Positions 10,233-21,509 of a stretch of 64,000 nucleotides of DNA are shown here, piece by piece (position 1 is the first letter of the stretch; every line of letters starts with the position of its first letter). This stretch comes from Spirochaetia bacterium (GTDB lineage Bacteria; Spirochaetota; Spirochaetia; CADAEX01). The notes beneath the pieces are model-generated. The model was not told where the DNA came from, searched no databases, and saw only the letters and a list, made by a program, of their open reading frames with translations. Both the position numbers and the translations under genes were made by a program. The stretch covers positions 2,550 to 66,549 of the forward strand of contig JAFSOR010000021.1 of assembly GCA_017446885.1 (NCBI GenBank). Reading direction: 5' to 3'.

Positions 10233-11203
10233 TCCTGGCCTCCGTATGTTCCGTGCACCGGATGGAAGCAGGCACAGCGGTGTGTTCCGTTAATAGTTGT
10301 AAGCTTAGGCTGCCCCTTAAGGCATTCGTCTGTCATATATTTGCACCTAGGGCCGAAACAGCAGCCCTGCGGCCGTTTGTCAGGGGCAGGAACCGAACCC
10401 TCTATAGGAATCAGATCCCCTTCCTGTCCGTCCATCTTAGGCAGGGAATTCAAAAGCCCTTCTGTATAAGGATGAGCCGGCTTCTTGAAGATGATATCAA
10501 CTGGGCCTTCCTCTACCACCACACCTGCATACATAACCATTACGCGCTTTACATTCTCTGCAATTACCCCCAGGTCGTGGGTAACCAGGATTGTGGCCAT
10601 ACCCAGTTTCTTATTCAGGTTGCGGAGCAGATCAAGAATCTGTGCCTGCACAGTTACATCCAGCGCAGTGGTAGGCTCGTCTGCCATAAGAAGCTTAGGC
10701 TTGCAGGCCAGTGCCATGGCAATCATGACTCTCTGGCACAGACCGCCCGACAGCTGGTGCGGATAGTACTTAAGCCGTGTCTCTGGGTGTGGAATACCTA
10801 CCTGAGTCAGAAGATCGATAGCTTTCTTATCGGCCTCGGCCTGTGTGCATTTCTCATGAAGATGGATAACCTCGGTAATCTGGTTGCCGATAGTCTTTAC
10901 CGGGTTCATATAAACCACAGGATCCTGGAAGATCATTGTTATATCCTTTCCACGGATCTCCTCCATCTTCGGTGCTGGCAGCTTAAGAAGGTCGGTCCCG
11001 TCATACATTACCTCGCCGGTAACTGTTGCGTTATCGGCAAGGATGCGCAGGATAGCAGAGCAGGTGACGCTTTTTCCGCACCCGCTCTCCCCTACCAGGC
11101 CAAGGGTCTCTCCTTCTTCAAGATCCAAGTCAACTCCATGAAGTATGCGGATTCTACGTCCGTCCACCTCGAAATCAACTTTAAGATTTTTTACATGAAG
11201 CAA
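10229..11203 (-). CDS. ABC transporter ATP-binding protein, OppD/DppD-like
   Basis: 324 aa. Walker [10 protein letters not shown], signature LSGGLCQR, and C-terminal CxxC extension. Confidence 0.85.
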   Translation of the reverse strand: MLHVKNLKVDFEVDGRRIRILHGVDLDLEEGETLGLVGESGCGKSVTCSAILRILADNATVTGEVMYDGTDLLKLPAPKMEEIRGKDITMIFQDPVVYMNPVKTIGNQITEVIHLHEKCTQAEADKKAIDLLTQVGIPHPETRLKYYPHQLSGGLCQRVMIAMALACKPKLLMADEPTTALDVTVQAQILDLLRNLNKKLGMATILVTHDLGVIAENVKRVMVMYAGVVVEEGPVDIIFKKPAHPYTEGLLNSLPKMDGQEGDLIPIEGSVPAPDKRPQGCCFGPRCKYMTDECLKGQPKLTTINGTHRCACFHPVHGTYGGQE

Positions 11204-11228
11204 TTTAATCCCGCCTTAAAAAATTCTA

Positions 11229-12791
11229 TTATTTTGCTTTTACGTTGTCCGGTCCAAAGTCCATGAACTGGCATCCGTAAGGTGTCCAATCTACATTCTT
11301 CTGCTTTCCGAAGAATACTGCGTTGCTGTAAAGCATAACTGCAGGTGGGTTTGCATCCCAGATCTCAAGCATCTTCTTGAATGCTGCCCGGCGTACTGCT
11401 GGGTCAGTTGAAGATTCCAGGATTCCTCCCTGCTCGTGGAAGTCCGGAGCATTCCAGTTGTTCCACTTGGTTGCGTCGTAGCTTGGCTTATATGTTCTCC
11501 AGAGACCGGAAACTGGGTCTGGGAACAGTCCGTTATGAGATGTGTTTCTCAAGTCGTATGTTCTTATTCCGTTGGCATCCTGTACGTTTACCTGTGCCCA
11601 GTTCTCGCATACCTGGATTTCTACATTGATTCCAATCTTCTTCCACATCTCTATACATGCCTGTGCTGTATCAAGCTCGCCTGTGTAGTAGTCCTTGAGT
11701 ACTCTGTAAACCATTACAGGAGAACCCATCTTTACATATTCAGACTGTGCAAGCTCTTTCTTTGCAAGCTCTACATCGTAGATAGCCTTTGGGTGCTCCT
11801 TGATGTACATGTCGCCGTATACAGGCCACTGGATTCCGTTAGGAACCTCTACCATGCCGTTCCACAGAGTCTTTACCAGAAGCTCTCGGTCGATAGCATA
11901 GGTCATGGCATGTCTTAAATGCAGATCCATGTATGGCTTGTGCATATTGTAGTAGATTGTTCTGGCTGTGGTGATTGCGCCGCCCACGATCTCTACATTC
12001 GGAGTTGCCTCTACTGTAGAGAACATGTCTGGTGGAACATCGGTTATGATATTGAAGTCGCCGGCAGCAAGTCCTGCGATTCTGGCTGCAACCTCAGGAA
12101 CAACCTTGAATGTAATCTTCTTGTAAGCTGGCTTGCCTCCCCAGTAGTCCTCGTTTGCCTCAAGGGTAAGTGATTCTGCATCCAGGAACTCTACAATCTT
12201 GTATGGACCGGTTCCGATAGGCTTGAACTGCCATTCCTTGAAATCGGTGGAGTTGAATCCCTTGCCGCTGATGATTGAGTAGGAAGGAAGAGAAAGAATC
12301 TGCTCAACAGCTGGATCCGGTTTCTTGGTGATGATTCTTACTGTGTAGTCATCAATCTTCTGCACTTCTTTAAAGTTAGGGAAGTTCTTATCCTTTCCCA
12401 TTATGGAGTCTTTGGAGAATGGTCTTCGAGGTCCAAAGAGGGTAAGGACATCGTCTGCTGTGAACTCAGAACCATCGTGGAACTTGGCACCTTTCCTAAG
12501 GTAAAGCTCAAGTGTGGTGTCGTCAATCCGCTTCCATGACTCTGCAAGACCTGGCTCGGTACCAGTATTGTTCTTGTAGTCAATCTTGATAAGGGTGTCA
12601 TACATGTTCATGAACACCTTGTACATTGCTACAGTCTGGTTTGAAATATCACCAGGCTCCATTGTTGCCGGCAGTGCAGGAACTGCAACTACAATCTCTT
12701 CGACAGCCGCAGCTTTCTTTTCGCCGCTTCCGCCTGCAAACAGGCTCAATGCAACAAACAGCATCAAGCAGACCATTAAAAATCTTTTCAT
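11229..12791 (-). CDS. ABC transporter substrate-binding protein, family 5 (paralog 1)
   Basis: 520 aa SBP_bac_5-like. SPase-I type signal peptide (LFAGGSGE), no lipobox Cys. Confidence 0.8.
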   Translation of the reverse strand: MKRFLMVCLMLFVALSLFAGGSGEKKAAAVEEIVVAVPALPATMEPGDISNQTVAMYKVFMNMYDTLIKIDYKNNTGTEPGLAESWKRIDDTTLELYLRKGAKFHDGSEFTADDVLTLFGPRRPFSKDSIMGKDKNFPNFKEVQKIDDYTVRIITKKPDPAVEQILSLPSYSIISGKGFNSTDFKEWQFKPIGTGPYKIVEFLDAESLTLEANEDYWGGKPAYKKITFKVVPEVAARIAGLAAGDFNIITDVPPDMFSTVEATPNVEIVGGAITTARTIYYNMHKPYMDLHLRHAMTYAIDRELLVKTLWNGMVEVPNGIQWPVYGDMYIKEHPKAIYDVELAKKELAQSEYVKMGSPVMVYRVLKDYYTGELDTAQACIEMWKKIGINVEIQVCENWAQVNVQDANGIRTYDLRNTSHNGLFPDPVSGLWRTYKPSYDATKWNNWNAPDFHEQGGILESSTDPAVRRAAFKKMLEIWDANPPAVMLYSNAVFFGKQKNVDWTPYGCQFMDFGPDNVKAK

Positions 12792-12822
12792 TTTCCTCTC
12801 CTTTTTTCTTCAAACTATTTAA

Positions 12823-13689
12823 TTATTTCAAACTTTTCTCCACAAGATCATTCAGCTCGGTAAACATCTTTTTCCAGGCATCCTTTGAATAGTTGGGGCC
12901 GAATGTGAACGGCGGCGCCTCCACACATACATTGCCGGCAAAGCCAGTCTTGTTTATGCGTGGGAAAAGCTCATTCCAGAAGTAGTTTCCCTTTCCAGGC
13001 TGCAGGTGCGAATCCTTATCCCCGGCGTTGTCCTGCATATGGAATGCAATCAGGTGGTCTTTCATGGCCTCGTAGCAGCTTATGGCATCAGGCCCGTGTG
13101 CAACCAGCGAATGGCCTGTGTCAAGACAGAACCCCAGGTTGGGGTGCCTGCTTTCCTCGTAAAGCTTTATCATATGCTCGTTCTTGCACCCCAGCCGGCC
13201 GCCGGAATATGGCAGCATGTTCTCAAGTGCAATCTTAAAGTCGAACTGCTCGCCGAATTTTAAAAGCTCATTAAGTGTCTTGCCGGCCTGGGCGCATATC
13301 CGGTCAAGGCCCTCTATATCCACGTTATAGCCTTTTCTGGTGGTGGGGTGCAGAATTCCTATGGTGCTGCCCACAGCCACTGCCCTCTCTATCCAGAACT
13401 TCATCCTGTCCACCATCTTGCGGCGGTCGGTCTCGTACAGTGTGGCTATATCGTCCAGAACTGGATCTTTGTACGGCAGATGGAAGGTGTCTATGGAAAG
13501 ACCTGCCGATTTGAACTGTTCTCCCATCTTGGCAAGCTGGTCCACAGACTTGCCCGCGAAAATGCCCTCGTCGTCTCCCTCAAGGCCGTAGAAGCCCGAG
13601 TACTTGCAGATATCTATTATCTCTTCAACCGATTTTTTGGCACCTACCATGCCGGAGGTGTTGTAAGCAATGACAAAGCGTAGTTTCAT
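12823..13689 (-). CDS. Sugar phosphate isomerase/epimerase (xylose isomerase-like TIM barrel)
   Basis: 288 aa. AP-endonuclease-2/TIM-barrel family features (conserved His/Asp/Glu metal ligands, ...CLDTGH...). Embedded between the two SBP genes. Confidence 0.7.
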   Translation of the reverse strand: MKLRFVIAYNTSGMVGAKKSVEEIIDICKYSGFYGLEGDDEGIFAGKSVDQLAKMGEQFKSAGLSIDTFHLPYKDPVLDDIATLYETDRRKMVDRMKFWIERAVAVGSTIGILHPTTRKGYNVDIEGLDRICAQAGKTLNELLKFGEQFDFKIALENMLPYSGGRLGCKNEHMIKLYEESRHPNLGFCLDTGHSLVAHGPDAISCYEAMKDHLIAFHMQDNAGDKDSHLQPGKGNYFWNELFPRINKTGFAGNVCVEAPPFTFGPNYSKDAWKKMFTELNDLVEKSLK

Positions 13690-13747
13690 ATAAAAATTAT
13701 ATAATGGTTTCAGCCAGTCCGCAAGGGTTAATAATATCCTGTTTGCA

Positions 13748-13785
13748 CAAAAAAAGGGGGAACAAATAGTATATTGTTCCCCCGG
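13748..13785 (-). terminator. Rho-independent terminator downstream of SBP paralog 2
   Basis: Minus-strand hairpin GGGGGAACAA-N8-TTGTTCCCCC followed by a T7 run. Confidence 0.6.
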
Positions 13786-13807
13786 TTCACAACAACTTAA
13801 GTTTATT

Positions 13808-15373
13808 TCACTTTTTTACGTTTCTAGGACCAAAGTCCATGAAGTAGCAAGGATATGACTTCCACTTGATGTTCTTAGCCTTTCCATAGAACATAGGAGT
13901 GTTGTACAGCATAACTGCCGGTGGGTTCTCGTCCCATTCGATAAGCATAGCCTTCACAGCTGCCTTTCTTTCTGCCGGGTCGATGCTGGTGCTCAGGATC
14001 TCGCCGTACTCAGCAAACTTTCTGGAATCCCAGTTGTAGTACCGTGTTGCGTCGTATGATGGCTTGAATGTTCTCCACAGTCCGCCTACTGGGTCTGGGA
14101 ACAGTGTGTTGTGCATTGTGTTTCTAAGGTCAAGAGTTCTGATCTTGTTGGCATCGGTAGCGTTTACCTGCTGCTGGTTCTCGCATACTTCGATCTTTAC
14201 GTTGATTCCAACCTTCTTCCACATCTCTACACAAGCCTGGGATGTGTCAACCTCTCCTGGGTAGTAGTCTCTCATGATTCTGAATACCAGGTCAGGAGAT
14301 CCCATCTTTACATACTCGGACTGAGCCAGCTCTTTCTTGGCCTCTTCTGGGTCATACTTTGGAGCAGGATGCTCTTTCACATACATGTCGCCGAAGTTCT
14401 CGTACTGGATTCCGTGTGGAACGTCTACCATGTTGTTCCAAAGGTCTCTTACCAGTGCATCGCGGTCGATCGAGTAGCACAGAGCCTTTCTCAGGTGGAT
14501 GTCCATGTATGGCTTATGCATGTTCATATAGATGGTTCTTGCAACTGCGATTGGGCCGCCTACGATCTCGGTGTTAGGATCTGCATTGACTGTAGGATGG
14601 AAGTCGGTAGGAACGTCGCAGATAACCTGGTAGTCGCCAGACTGGAGTCCTGCGATTCTGGCTGCAATCTCTTTTACAACCTTGAATGTAATCTTGTCGA
14701 ATGCTGGCTCGCCGCCCCAGTATTCTGGGTTCTTCTCTACGATAAGGTGGTCTTCTGCATCGAAGTCTACAATCTTATAAGGACCTGTTCCAACAGGCTT
14801 GAACTGCCAGTCAACAAAGTCTGTCTTCTGGAAATCCTCGCCGCTGATGATGGAGTAGCAAGGGAGTGACAGAATCTGAACCATAGTCGGGTCTGGTTTC
14901 TTGGTGATAAACCGTACTGTGTAATCGTCAATCTTCTGGACCTCTTTGAAAGCAGACCAGTTCTTGTCCTTTACACCTACAGCAGGCTTGTCGCCAAAAA
15001 GTCTTTCCTGGCTGAATGTAACCAGAACGTCATCGGCATTGAAGTCTGTTCCGTTGTGGAACTTAACCCCTTTTCTAAGGTAAACTTCGAGTGTCTGGGA
15101 GTCAATCTGTTTCCAGGACTCAGCCAGAGCAGGAACCATACCTGTGTTGTTCTCATAGTCAGTTACGATAAGGTTGTCGTATACGTTCATGAATACGCGG
15201 TACATCGATACCAGAACCTCTTTTCCCGGCTCCATTGTTGCTGGAAGTGCAGGAATAGCTACTGTAATCTCTTTAGGCATTGAAGAGCCATTGGCAGCTT
15301 TCTCTCCGGATCCACCGGCAAATACGCTGACTGTCAAAAGAGCAATCAGACATACCAATAAAAACTTTTTCAA
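13808..15373 (-). CDS. ABC transporter substrate-binding protein, family 5 (paralog 2)
   Basis: 521 aa, clearly paralogous to 11229-12791 along its full length. SPase-I type signal (VFAGGSGE). Confidence 0.8.
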   Translation of the reverse strand: MKKFLLVCLIALLTVSVFAGGSGEKAANGSSMPKEITVAIPALPATMEPGKEVLVSMYRVFMNVYDNLIVTDYENNTGMVPALAESWKQIDSQTLEVYLRKGVKFHNGTDFNADDVLVTFSQERLFGDKPAVGVKDKNWSAFKEVQKIDDYTVRFITKKPDPTMVQILSLPCYSIISGEDFQKTDFVDWQFKPVGTGPYKIVDFDAEDHLIVEKNPEYWGGEPAFDKITFKVVKEIAARIAGLQSGDYQVICDVPTDFHPTVNADPNTEIVGGPIAVARTIYMNMHKPYMDIHLRKALCYSIDRDALVRDLWNNMVDVPHGIQYENFGDMYVKEHPAPKYDPEEAKKELAQSEYVKMGSPDLVFRIMRDYYPGEVDTSQACVEMWKKVGINVKIEVCENQQQVNATDANKIRTLDLRNTMHNTLFPDPVGGLWRTFKPSYDATRYYNWDSRKFAEYGEILSTSIDPAERKAAVKAMLIEWDENPPAVMLYNTPMFYGKAKNIKWKSYPCYFMDFGPRNVKK

Positions 15374-15508
15374 AACTTCCTCCTAATTTTTCTCTCTTCT
15401 TCTATTATAATCATAACTTTCTTGAATTGTGAAGATACAAAAAATATATAATCTTTTTCACATTTCTGAGGTTTTTCCCTATTTCTTTTTACATTAGATA
15501 TAATTATA

Positions 15509-16747
15509 ATGGATTATTGTATCCAAGGAGATAACGATACTATGGAAATTATTCATGAGAGTTTTGACACCCCTGTTATAGAGGAATGCGATGTCCTGGT
15601 TGCAGGCGGTGGAATTGCAGGAATTGCAGCAGCGCTGGCAGCTGCAAGAGCTGGTGCAAAGGTTACATTGATAGAAAAGTCTTGGATCTTGGGCGGTCTT
15701 GCAACATCTGGCCTTATAGCCATTTATCTGCCTATCGATGACGGAATGGGACACCAGGTTTCCTTTGGAATATGCCAGGAGCTTTTTATGCTTTCTATCA
15801 AGCATCTGGTGGAAAGCCGCTACCCCAAGGCATGGCTCGAGAACGGCACATTCGAGGAAAAACGCGACGGCAAGCGGTTCGAGGTTCAGTACAACGCATC
15901 GCTCTTTGCCCTGGAATCGGAAAAGCTCCTTAAACAGAACAATGTACGTATACTCTATGGAACACAGATAAGCGACGTAAAGCGAGGTGCCGACCGTATC
16001 GAGGCAATCATAGTCGAGAACAAGAGCGGCCGTTTTGCAATTAAGTTCAAGAACATAATCGATGCCACTGGCGATGCCGATATAGTCCACTTTGCAAAGA
16101 TGCCGGAAGAGACTTTCAAGGCAGGCAATGTGCTTGCAGCATGGTATTTCTCGATCCTGGACAACTGGCATAAGCTCAACCAGATAGGGGCTGCCGACAT
16201 TCCAGACGAGGAAAAGACAGGAAACGAGAGAAAACCTCTTATAGACAGACGGTTCACCGGCCTGGATGGCTTTGAGCTTTCAGAGATGATGCAGCTGTCC
16301 CACGAGCAGACACTCAAGGATATTGTATTCAAGCGGAAGTCAGACCCCAACCACATCCCTACCCTGATTGCCACCATACCGCAGATACGCATGACACGGC
16401 GCATTGTGGGTGAATACACCTATGATGTAGCTGACGAGCACAAGTATTTCGACGATTCCATAGGAATGTTCAGCAACTGGAAAAAGCGCGGCCCTATCTA
16501 CGAGATGCCGTTCAGGACTCTCTATAATAAAGAGGTCAAGAACCTTCTTACCGCAGGACGCAACGTATCGGTTACCGAGCATATGTGGGATGCCTCCAGG
16601 GTTATCCCGGCCTGTGCTGTAATGGGCGAGGCAGCAGGTATTGCAGCCGCATGCTACGACGACATGCCAGGCATTGATGTTAAGGACCTTCAGAAGAAAC
16701 TTGTAGCAGGTGGAGTTGTGCTCCACGAAAAAGACCTGGATATGTGA
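15509..16747 (+). CDS. FAD-dependent oxidoreductase
   Basis: 412 aa. N-terminal dinucleotide-binding motif [24 protein letters not shown]. Divergently transcribed from the ABC cluster. Confidence 0.7.
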   Translation: MDYCIQGDNDTMEIIHESFDTPVIEECDVLVAGGGIAGIAAALAAARAGAKVTLIEKSWILGGLATSGLIAIYLPIDDGMGHQVSFGICQELFMLSIKHLVESRYPKAWLENGTFEEKRDGKRFEVQYNASLFALESEKLLKQNNVRILYGTQISDVKRGADRIEAIIVENKSGRFAIKFKNIIDATGDADIVHFAKMPEETFKAGNVLAAWYFSILDNWHKLNQIGAADIPDEEKTGNERKPLIDRRFTGLDGFELSEMMQLSHEQTLKDIVFKRKSDPNHIPTLIATIPQIRMTRRIVGEYTYDVADEHKYFDDSIGMFSNWKKRGPIYEMPFRTLYNKEVKNLLTAGRNVSVTEHMWDASRVIPACAVMGEAAGIAAACYDDMPGIDVKDLQKKLVAGGVVLHEKDLDM

Positions 16748-16770
16748 ACCAGGATATAACTGGAGATTTT

Positions 16771-18801
16771 ATGACGCTTAAGAATATGCGCAACATAGGC
16801 ATCATGGCTCATATCGATGCCGGAAAGACAACCACTACAGAACGCATCCTCTTCTACACAGGAGAAAGCCACAAGATAGGCGAGGTCGACAACGGCGAAG
16901 CCACCATGGACTGGATGGAGCAGGAACAGGACCGGGGAATAACCATAACCTCGGCCGCCACCACTGTCTACTGGAAAGAGCACCAGATAAACATAATCGA
17001 CACCCCGGGCCATGTGGACTTTACTGCCGAGGTGGAGCGGTCGCTGCGTGTACTGGATGGCGGCGTTGCCATATTCTGCGCTGTGGGCGGGGTCGAGCCC
17101 CAGTCCGAGACAGTCTGGAAACAGGCCCAGAAGTATAAAGTGCCCCGGATTGCGTTCATAAATAAGATGGACCGCATGGGTGCAAACTTCTTTGCAGTGC
17201 TGGATGAGATAAAGGAAAAGCTGGGGGCAAATCCTGTGCCGCTGTTCCTACCTATCGGAGCCGAGAATGATTTCGAGGGAGTCATAGATATCCTGAACCA
17301 GAAAGAGATACGCTTTGACCAGGCCGACAAAGGCTTTACCATGATTACCTCTGACATTGCTTCAGAACGCCAGGAGCTTGCTGCCCAGTGGAGGGACAAC
17401 CTGCTGGACAATATCTCGGCCTTCTCCGACGAGATTACAGAGCTCTACCTTAACGGCGACGAGATTCCGCTTGATATGATTAAAGCCACTATACGCAAGG
17501 CCACACTGGAAGGGAATGTCCTGCCTGTGTTTGTGGGCTCATCGCTCAAGAATACAGGTGTGCAGTGCCTTTTGGACGGTGTTGTGGACTATCTCCCTGC
17601 CCCGGACGAGATGCCTCCTGCAACCGGTGTTCATGCCAAGAAAGGGGACCAGGTTGAAGTACCCTGTAACCCATCGGGCAGGCCGCTTGGACTGGTGTTC
17701 AAGATTCAGAACGACCCTGCTGCTGGTTCACTGTGCTTTATAAGAATGTATTCAGGAAGCATATCAAACGGCACTGCTGTGCTTAACATAAGCAAGAACA
17801 AAAGGGAGCGTATTACAAGGCTCTTCCGCATGCACTCAAACAAGCAGGAGGCCATAGACACCCTCTCAGCAGGCGACATAGGGGCTGTAATAGGCTTCAA
17901 GCTGGCCCAGACCGGCGACACTATCGGAAACGAATCTTTCCAGGTGCTGCTTGAGAACATCGAGTTCCCCGAGCCTGTAATCTCGGTTGCCATAGAGCCC
18001 AAGACCATGTCGGACCGCGACAAGCTTAAGAGCGTGCTTGAAATACTTTCCAAGGAAGACCCAACCTTTGTAGCCAAGGAGAGCGAGGAGACAGGGCAGC
18101 TTATCATATCTGGAATGGGCGAGCTGCATCTTGATATTCTTGTGACCAGAATTGTGAAAGACTTTAAAGTGGCTGCCAATGTGGGTAACCCGCAGGTATC
18201 CTACAAAGAGTCCATAACCCAGGAAATAACTCATGTGGAGAAGTTCGACAAAGTTATAGCCAACAAGGAGAACTTTGCCCAGATCACCCTGCGTGTAAAG
18301 CCTGCAGGCCAGGGCAGCGAGAACAAGTTCACCTACGACGACAAGCTTAAGAAGAAGATTCCTATGGAATTCATCGAGGCAGTCAAGCGCGGCGTAACCG
18401 GCAGCTTTACATCGGGCTCCCTCTTCGGCTACCCTATGGTCGAGGTCGAGGTTGAGCTTGTGGATGCCGAATACAACGAGCTTACAGCCACCGAGTTTGC
18501 CTACGAGGCTGCTGGAGCCATGGGCTTTGATAACGCCTGCCGCCAGGCCTCACCGGTCAAGCTTGAGCCTATAATGAATGTGGATATTGCAACTCCTAAG
18601 GAGTATATCGGCGAAGTAATAAGCAATATGACAGCCCGTGGCGGACTGGTGGAAAGCCTTGAAAGCAGGAACGGCACCGAGCATGTAAAGGCACAGGCTG
18701 CCCTTGCCAAGATGTTCGGCTACTCCACTACTCTGCGGAGCCTTACACAGGGGCGCGGTACATTCAGTCTGTCATTCAGCCATTTTGCTCAGGCCAATTA
18801 A
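16771..18801 (+). CDS. fusA: Elongation factor G family protein (EF-G paralog, not in a str operon context)
   Basis: G1 motif [32 protein letters not shown], and full EF-G domain order. Start chosen at ATG 16771 ([11 protein letters not shown]...) with GGAG RBS. The six-frame ORF from 16744 is probably an extension. Confidence 0.85.
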   Translation: MTLKNMRNIGIMAHIDAGKTTTTERILFYTGESHKIGEVDNGEATMDWMEQEQDRGITITSAATTVYWKEHQINIIDTPGHVDFTAEVERSLRVLDGGVAIFCAVGGVEPQSETVWKQAQKYKVPRIAFINKMDRMGANFFAVLDEIKEKLGANPVPLFLPIGAENDFEGVIDILNQKEIRFDQADKGFTMITSDIASERQELAAQWRDNLLDNISAFSDEITELYLNGDEIPLDMIKATIRKATLEGNVLPVFVGSSLKNTGVQCLLDGVVDYLPAPDEMPPATGVHAKKGDQVEVPCNPSGRPLGLVFKIQNDPAAGSLCFIRMYSGSISNGTAVLNISKNKRERITRLFRMHSNKQEAIDTLSAGDIGAVIGFKLAQTGDTIGNESFQVLLENIEFPEPVISVAIEPKTMSDRDKLKSVLEILSKEDPTFVAKESEETGQLIISGMGELHLDILVTRIVKDFKVAANVGNPQVSYKESITQEITHVEKFDKVIANKENFAQITLRVKPAGQGSENKFTYDDKLKKKIPMEFIEAVKRGVTGSFTSGSLFGYPMVEVEVELVDAEYNELTATEFAYEAAGAMGFDNACRQASPVKLEPIMNVDIATPKEYIGEVISNMTARGGLVESLESRNGTEHVKAQAALAKMFGYSTTLRSLTQGRGTFSLSFSHFAQAN

Positions 18802-19415
18802 ACCATAGCATCCAGAGTGCCCAGATCCTGGATTATGAAAAGCGGCAGGGTATCTATATCCACAGCCACCTCCACAATGTTTATATCCCGGCTTCTGTAG
18901 TATTCAATAAGCGGGAAAGTCTGGTCGTAGAAGATATTCACCTTACGTTTTACCTCTTCCAGAGAATCGTCTGTCCGGTCGGTCCTGTCGCCGCCAGAGT
19001 TGTACTTGATACGCTCGTATGCAACTTCCGGTGGACAGTTGAGGAAAAGGACAAACTTAATCTTGACAATGTTGTCAAGGGCGTTTGCCTGCCCTATATG
19101 CCGTGGCAGACCATTCAGGATGATGACATCCTCGGGCTGCACATTCTTCTTTTCTATAAATGCACGCAGAAGTTTCTCTGCTATAGGAAAATCCTTGTCC
19201 TCCAAAAGCTCATTGGACTCAAGAAGCCCTTTTACAGTGGCCTTCTCCTCCGGTGTCAGGATTGTTGAATCGTCTTTAACTGCATCTCGCAGCTGCTGGC
19301 CGAAATCGAAGTGATGGTAGGTGTTCCACCACAGCTCCTGGGTCTCCATCTGATTTCCGAATGGAGTCTTTCCTGCTCCTGTGGAGCCTAAAACAAGCAT
19401 TGCCTTATATTTCAT
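18798..19415 (-). CDS. P-loop nucleoside monophosphate kinase-like protein (adenylate kinase family fold)
   Basis: 205 aa. Walker [15 protein letters not shown] resembling the AK DGFPR motif, and Arg/Asp-rich lid-like segment. Confidence 0.45.
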   Translation of the reverse strand: MKYKAMLVLGSTGAGKTPFGNQMETQELWWNTYHHFDFGQQLRDAVKDDSTILTPEEKATVKGLLESNELLEDKDFPIAEKLLRAFIEKKNVQPEDVIILNGLPRHIGQANALDNIVKIKFVLFLNCPPEVAYERIKYNSGGDRTDRTDDSLEEVKRKVNIFYDQTFPLIEYYRSRDINIVEVAVDIDTLPLFIIQDLGTLDAMV

Positions 19416-19428
19416 CTTTTTACCTCGT

Positions 19429-20226
19429 TTATTTTGTTATCTTATTATACAGTTCCGGGCGCCGGTCTGCAAAGAGGTCTGCCATAGGGGCCACCTTTTT
19501 ATCAAAAGCTTTGGCAGGGTCTATCTCAACACCATAGAAGCCGGTATCGGCCGCACCTGCCTGTGCAATCACATTGCCACGGTTGTCCACTATGCGGCTT
19601 AGGCCGGAGTAAGACAGGCTCCTACCCTTCCTGTCCTCGGTTCCATGCCGGTTTGCCAGAATCCAGAACACGCCGTTCTCAAGGGCACGGCAGCAGGATG
19701 TTATCTGGGCAAAGCCCGGGAGCACCAGGTTTGCAGGATGGCACACTATCTGCACCCCATCAAGTGCCAAAGTGCGGGCAGCCTCGGGGAACATGTGGTC
19801 AAAGCAGATAAGGACTCCTACCTTGACACCTTTTACATCAAATGTCGGAAAGCCTAAGTTGCCAGGCTTAAAGAAAAGCTTTTCCTCGTTGAACAGATGG
19901 TTCTTGCGGTACACCTGCACCTTTCCATCATGAGTTGCAATCAGGGCCGAGTTGTAGAATACACCATCAGCCTTTTCAGGGAACCCCACCACCACTGCGG
20001 TGTCTGTCTCCACGGCTGCTTTCAAGAATGCATCGGACATAGGACCCGGAACTGCGCTTGCAGTCGCTTCCACTTCCTTAGGATCCAGGAAAAGATAACC
20101 AGATGTGGCCAGTTCAGGGAACACAACAAGGTCTGCATCGGCAGATTTTACTGCCTCCACCATGGTATCTATGTTCTTATCTACATTCCCGAACTCCGGG
20201 ACAAACTGATAAAAGCCAATCTTCAT
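19429..20226 (-). CDS. Carbon-nitrogen hydrolase (nitrilase superfamily) protein
   Basis: 265 aa. Typical CN-hydrolase N-terminus (KIGFYQFVPEFGNVDKN) and catalytic Glu/Lys/Cys regions. Confidence 0.8.
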   Translation of the reverse strand: MKIGFYQFVPEFGNVDKNIDTMVEAVKSADADLVVFPELATSGYLFLDPKEVEATASAVPGPMSDAFLKAAVETDTAVVVGFPEKADGVFYNSALIATHDGKVQVYRKNHLFNEEKLFFKPGNLGFPTFDVKGVKVGVLICFDHMFPEAARTLALDGVQIVCHPANLVLPGFAQITSCCRALENGVFWILANRHGTEDRKGRSLSYSGLSRIVDNRGNVIAQAGAADTGFYGVEIDPAKAFDKKVAPMADLFADRRPELYNKITK

Positions 20227-20333
20227 AGTTTAAATATATAAACATAGTCCTGCTTTGGCAAGGTGCAGGGGTGGCTTACTGATGGGGTTTATGTTTATTT
20301 ACTCAAAGGCAGTTATATATTATACTCCGTACT

Positions 20334-21497
20334 ATGAGCACCTACTTAGACTGGGCAGCCACCGCTGTGCCAGACCCGGACATAATAAAAGCCTCTTATG
20401 AATGCGCTATCCAGTGTTTCGGAAACCCGTCGTCTGTGCACCAGACAGGGCAGGAGGCCAGTGCCGTGCTCGATGATTGCCGCAAACGATGTGCCAAGGC
20501 TCTGGGAGTAAAGAAAGAGGAAATCTACTTCACATCCGGCGGCACCGAAAGCGACAACATAGTGCTCCTCTCGCTCCTAAAGCGTCCATCCCGGGGCACC
20601 GTACTGGTTAGCGCCATAGAGCACCCGGCTGTACTTGAGCCTGCTGTAGTGCTTGCAGATGGCGGCTACAAGGTGGCATACTTAAAACCAGGTGCTGACG
20701 GCATCATCAAGCCAAGCACACTGGAAAAATCTCTTACTCCCGACACCAAACTGGTGGCCATAATGGCGGTGAACAACGAGACCGGAGCAGTACAGCCGGT
20801 GCACCAGCTGGCAAAGGCAGTGCAGGACTACGCTGCCAGGTGCGGCCACAAGATACACTTCCACTGCGACGCAGTGCAGGCTGCAGGCAAGGTGGCGCTC
20901 GATTTTGCAGACCCTGCTGTCCACTCCTTTGCCATAAGTGCCCACAAGATACGGGGGCCCCGGGGCATAGGTATTCTGGTGCTTAAAAATGCAATCCTTC
21001 CTATGGTGCGCGGCGGAGGACAGGAAAATGGAATACGGCCCGGCACCGAGAATACCGGCGCTATATACGGCATGACGCTGGCCCTGGAGAAGGCACTGGC
21101 CGGCTTGGAAAAAAACAGTGCCCATGCCTCATCCCTTATGGACAGGCTCCTTACCAGGCTTGGGCAGGAAAAGAATTATCAGATTATTCCAGAATGCAGA
21201 AAACCCGGAGACACAAACTACTCTCCATATATCCTGTCGCTGGCATCGAAACCTATCCCGGCCGAGGTTTTGGCCCGTACACTGGATGACAACGGAATAT
21301 GCGTAGGAACAGGCTCTGCATGCTCAAACCGCAAGAAAGGACAGTCCAAGACCCTTGCTGCAATGGGGGTGAGCGATGATGTATCATTCTCCAGAATCCG
21401 GGTATCAATCGGCAGTACCACAACACAGGATGAAATAGACCAGTTTATAGACCAGTTGGATTTACAGAGCAGGATACTGCGTAAAGCTCTGCACTGA
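20334..21497 (+). CDS. Cysteine desulfurase (aminotransferase class V, NifS/IscS-like)
   Basis: 387 aa. PLP-lysine context SAHKIRGPRGIGIL and class V fold. Immediately upstream of thiI. Confidence 0.85.
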   Translation: MSTYLDWAATAVPDPDIIKASYECAIQCFGNPSSVHQTGQEASAVLDDCRKRCAKALGVKKEEIYFTSGGTESDNIVLLSLLKRPSRGTVLVSAIEHPAVLEPAVVLADGGYKVAYLKPGADGIIKPSTLEKSLTPDTKLVAIMAVNNETGAVQPVHQLAKAVQDYAARCGHKIHFHCDAVQAAGKVALDFADPAVHSFAISAHKIRGPRGIGILVLKNAILPMVRGGGQENGIRPGTENTGAIYGMTLALEKALAGLEKNSAHASSLMDRLLTRLGQEKNYQIIPECRKPGDTNYSPYILSLASKPIPAEVLARTLDDNGICVGTGSACSNRKKGQSKTLAAMGVSDDVSFSRIRVSIGSTTTQDEIDQFIDQLDLQSRILRKALH

Positions 21498-21509
21498 TTA
21501 GAGGTAATT

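Noticed and set aside
16744-16770. Apparent 4-nt overlap (translational coupling) between the FAD oxidoreductase gene and the EF-G paralog.
   Set aside because: EF-G proteins normally begin ~8-10 aa before the RNIGI motif. ATG 16771 has a GGAG RBS at the right spacing, so the upstream extension is probably an ORF-caller artefact.
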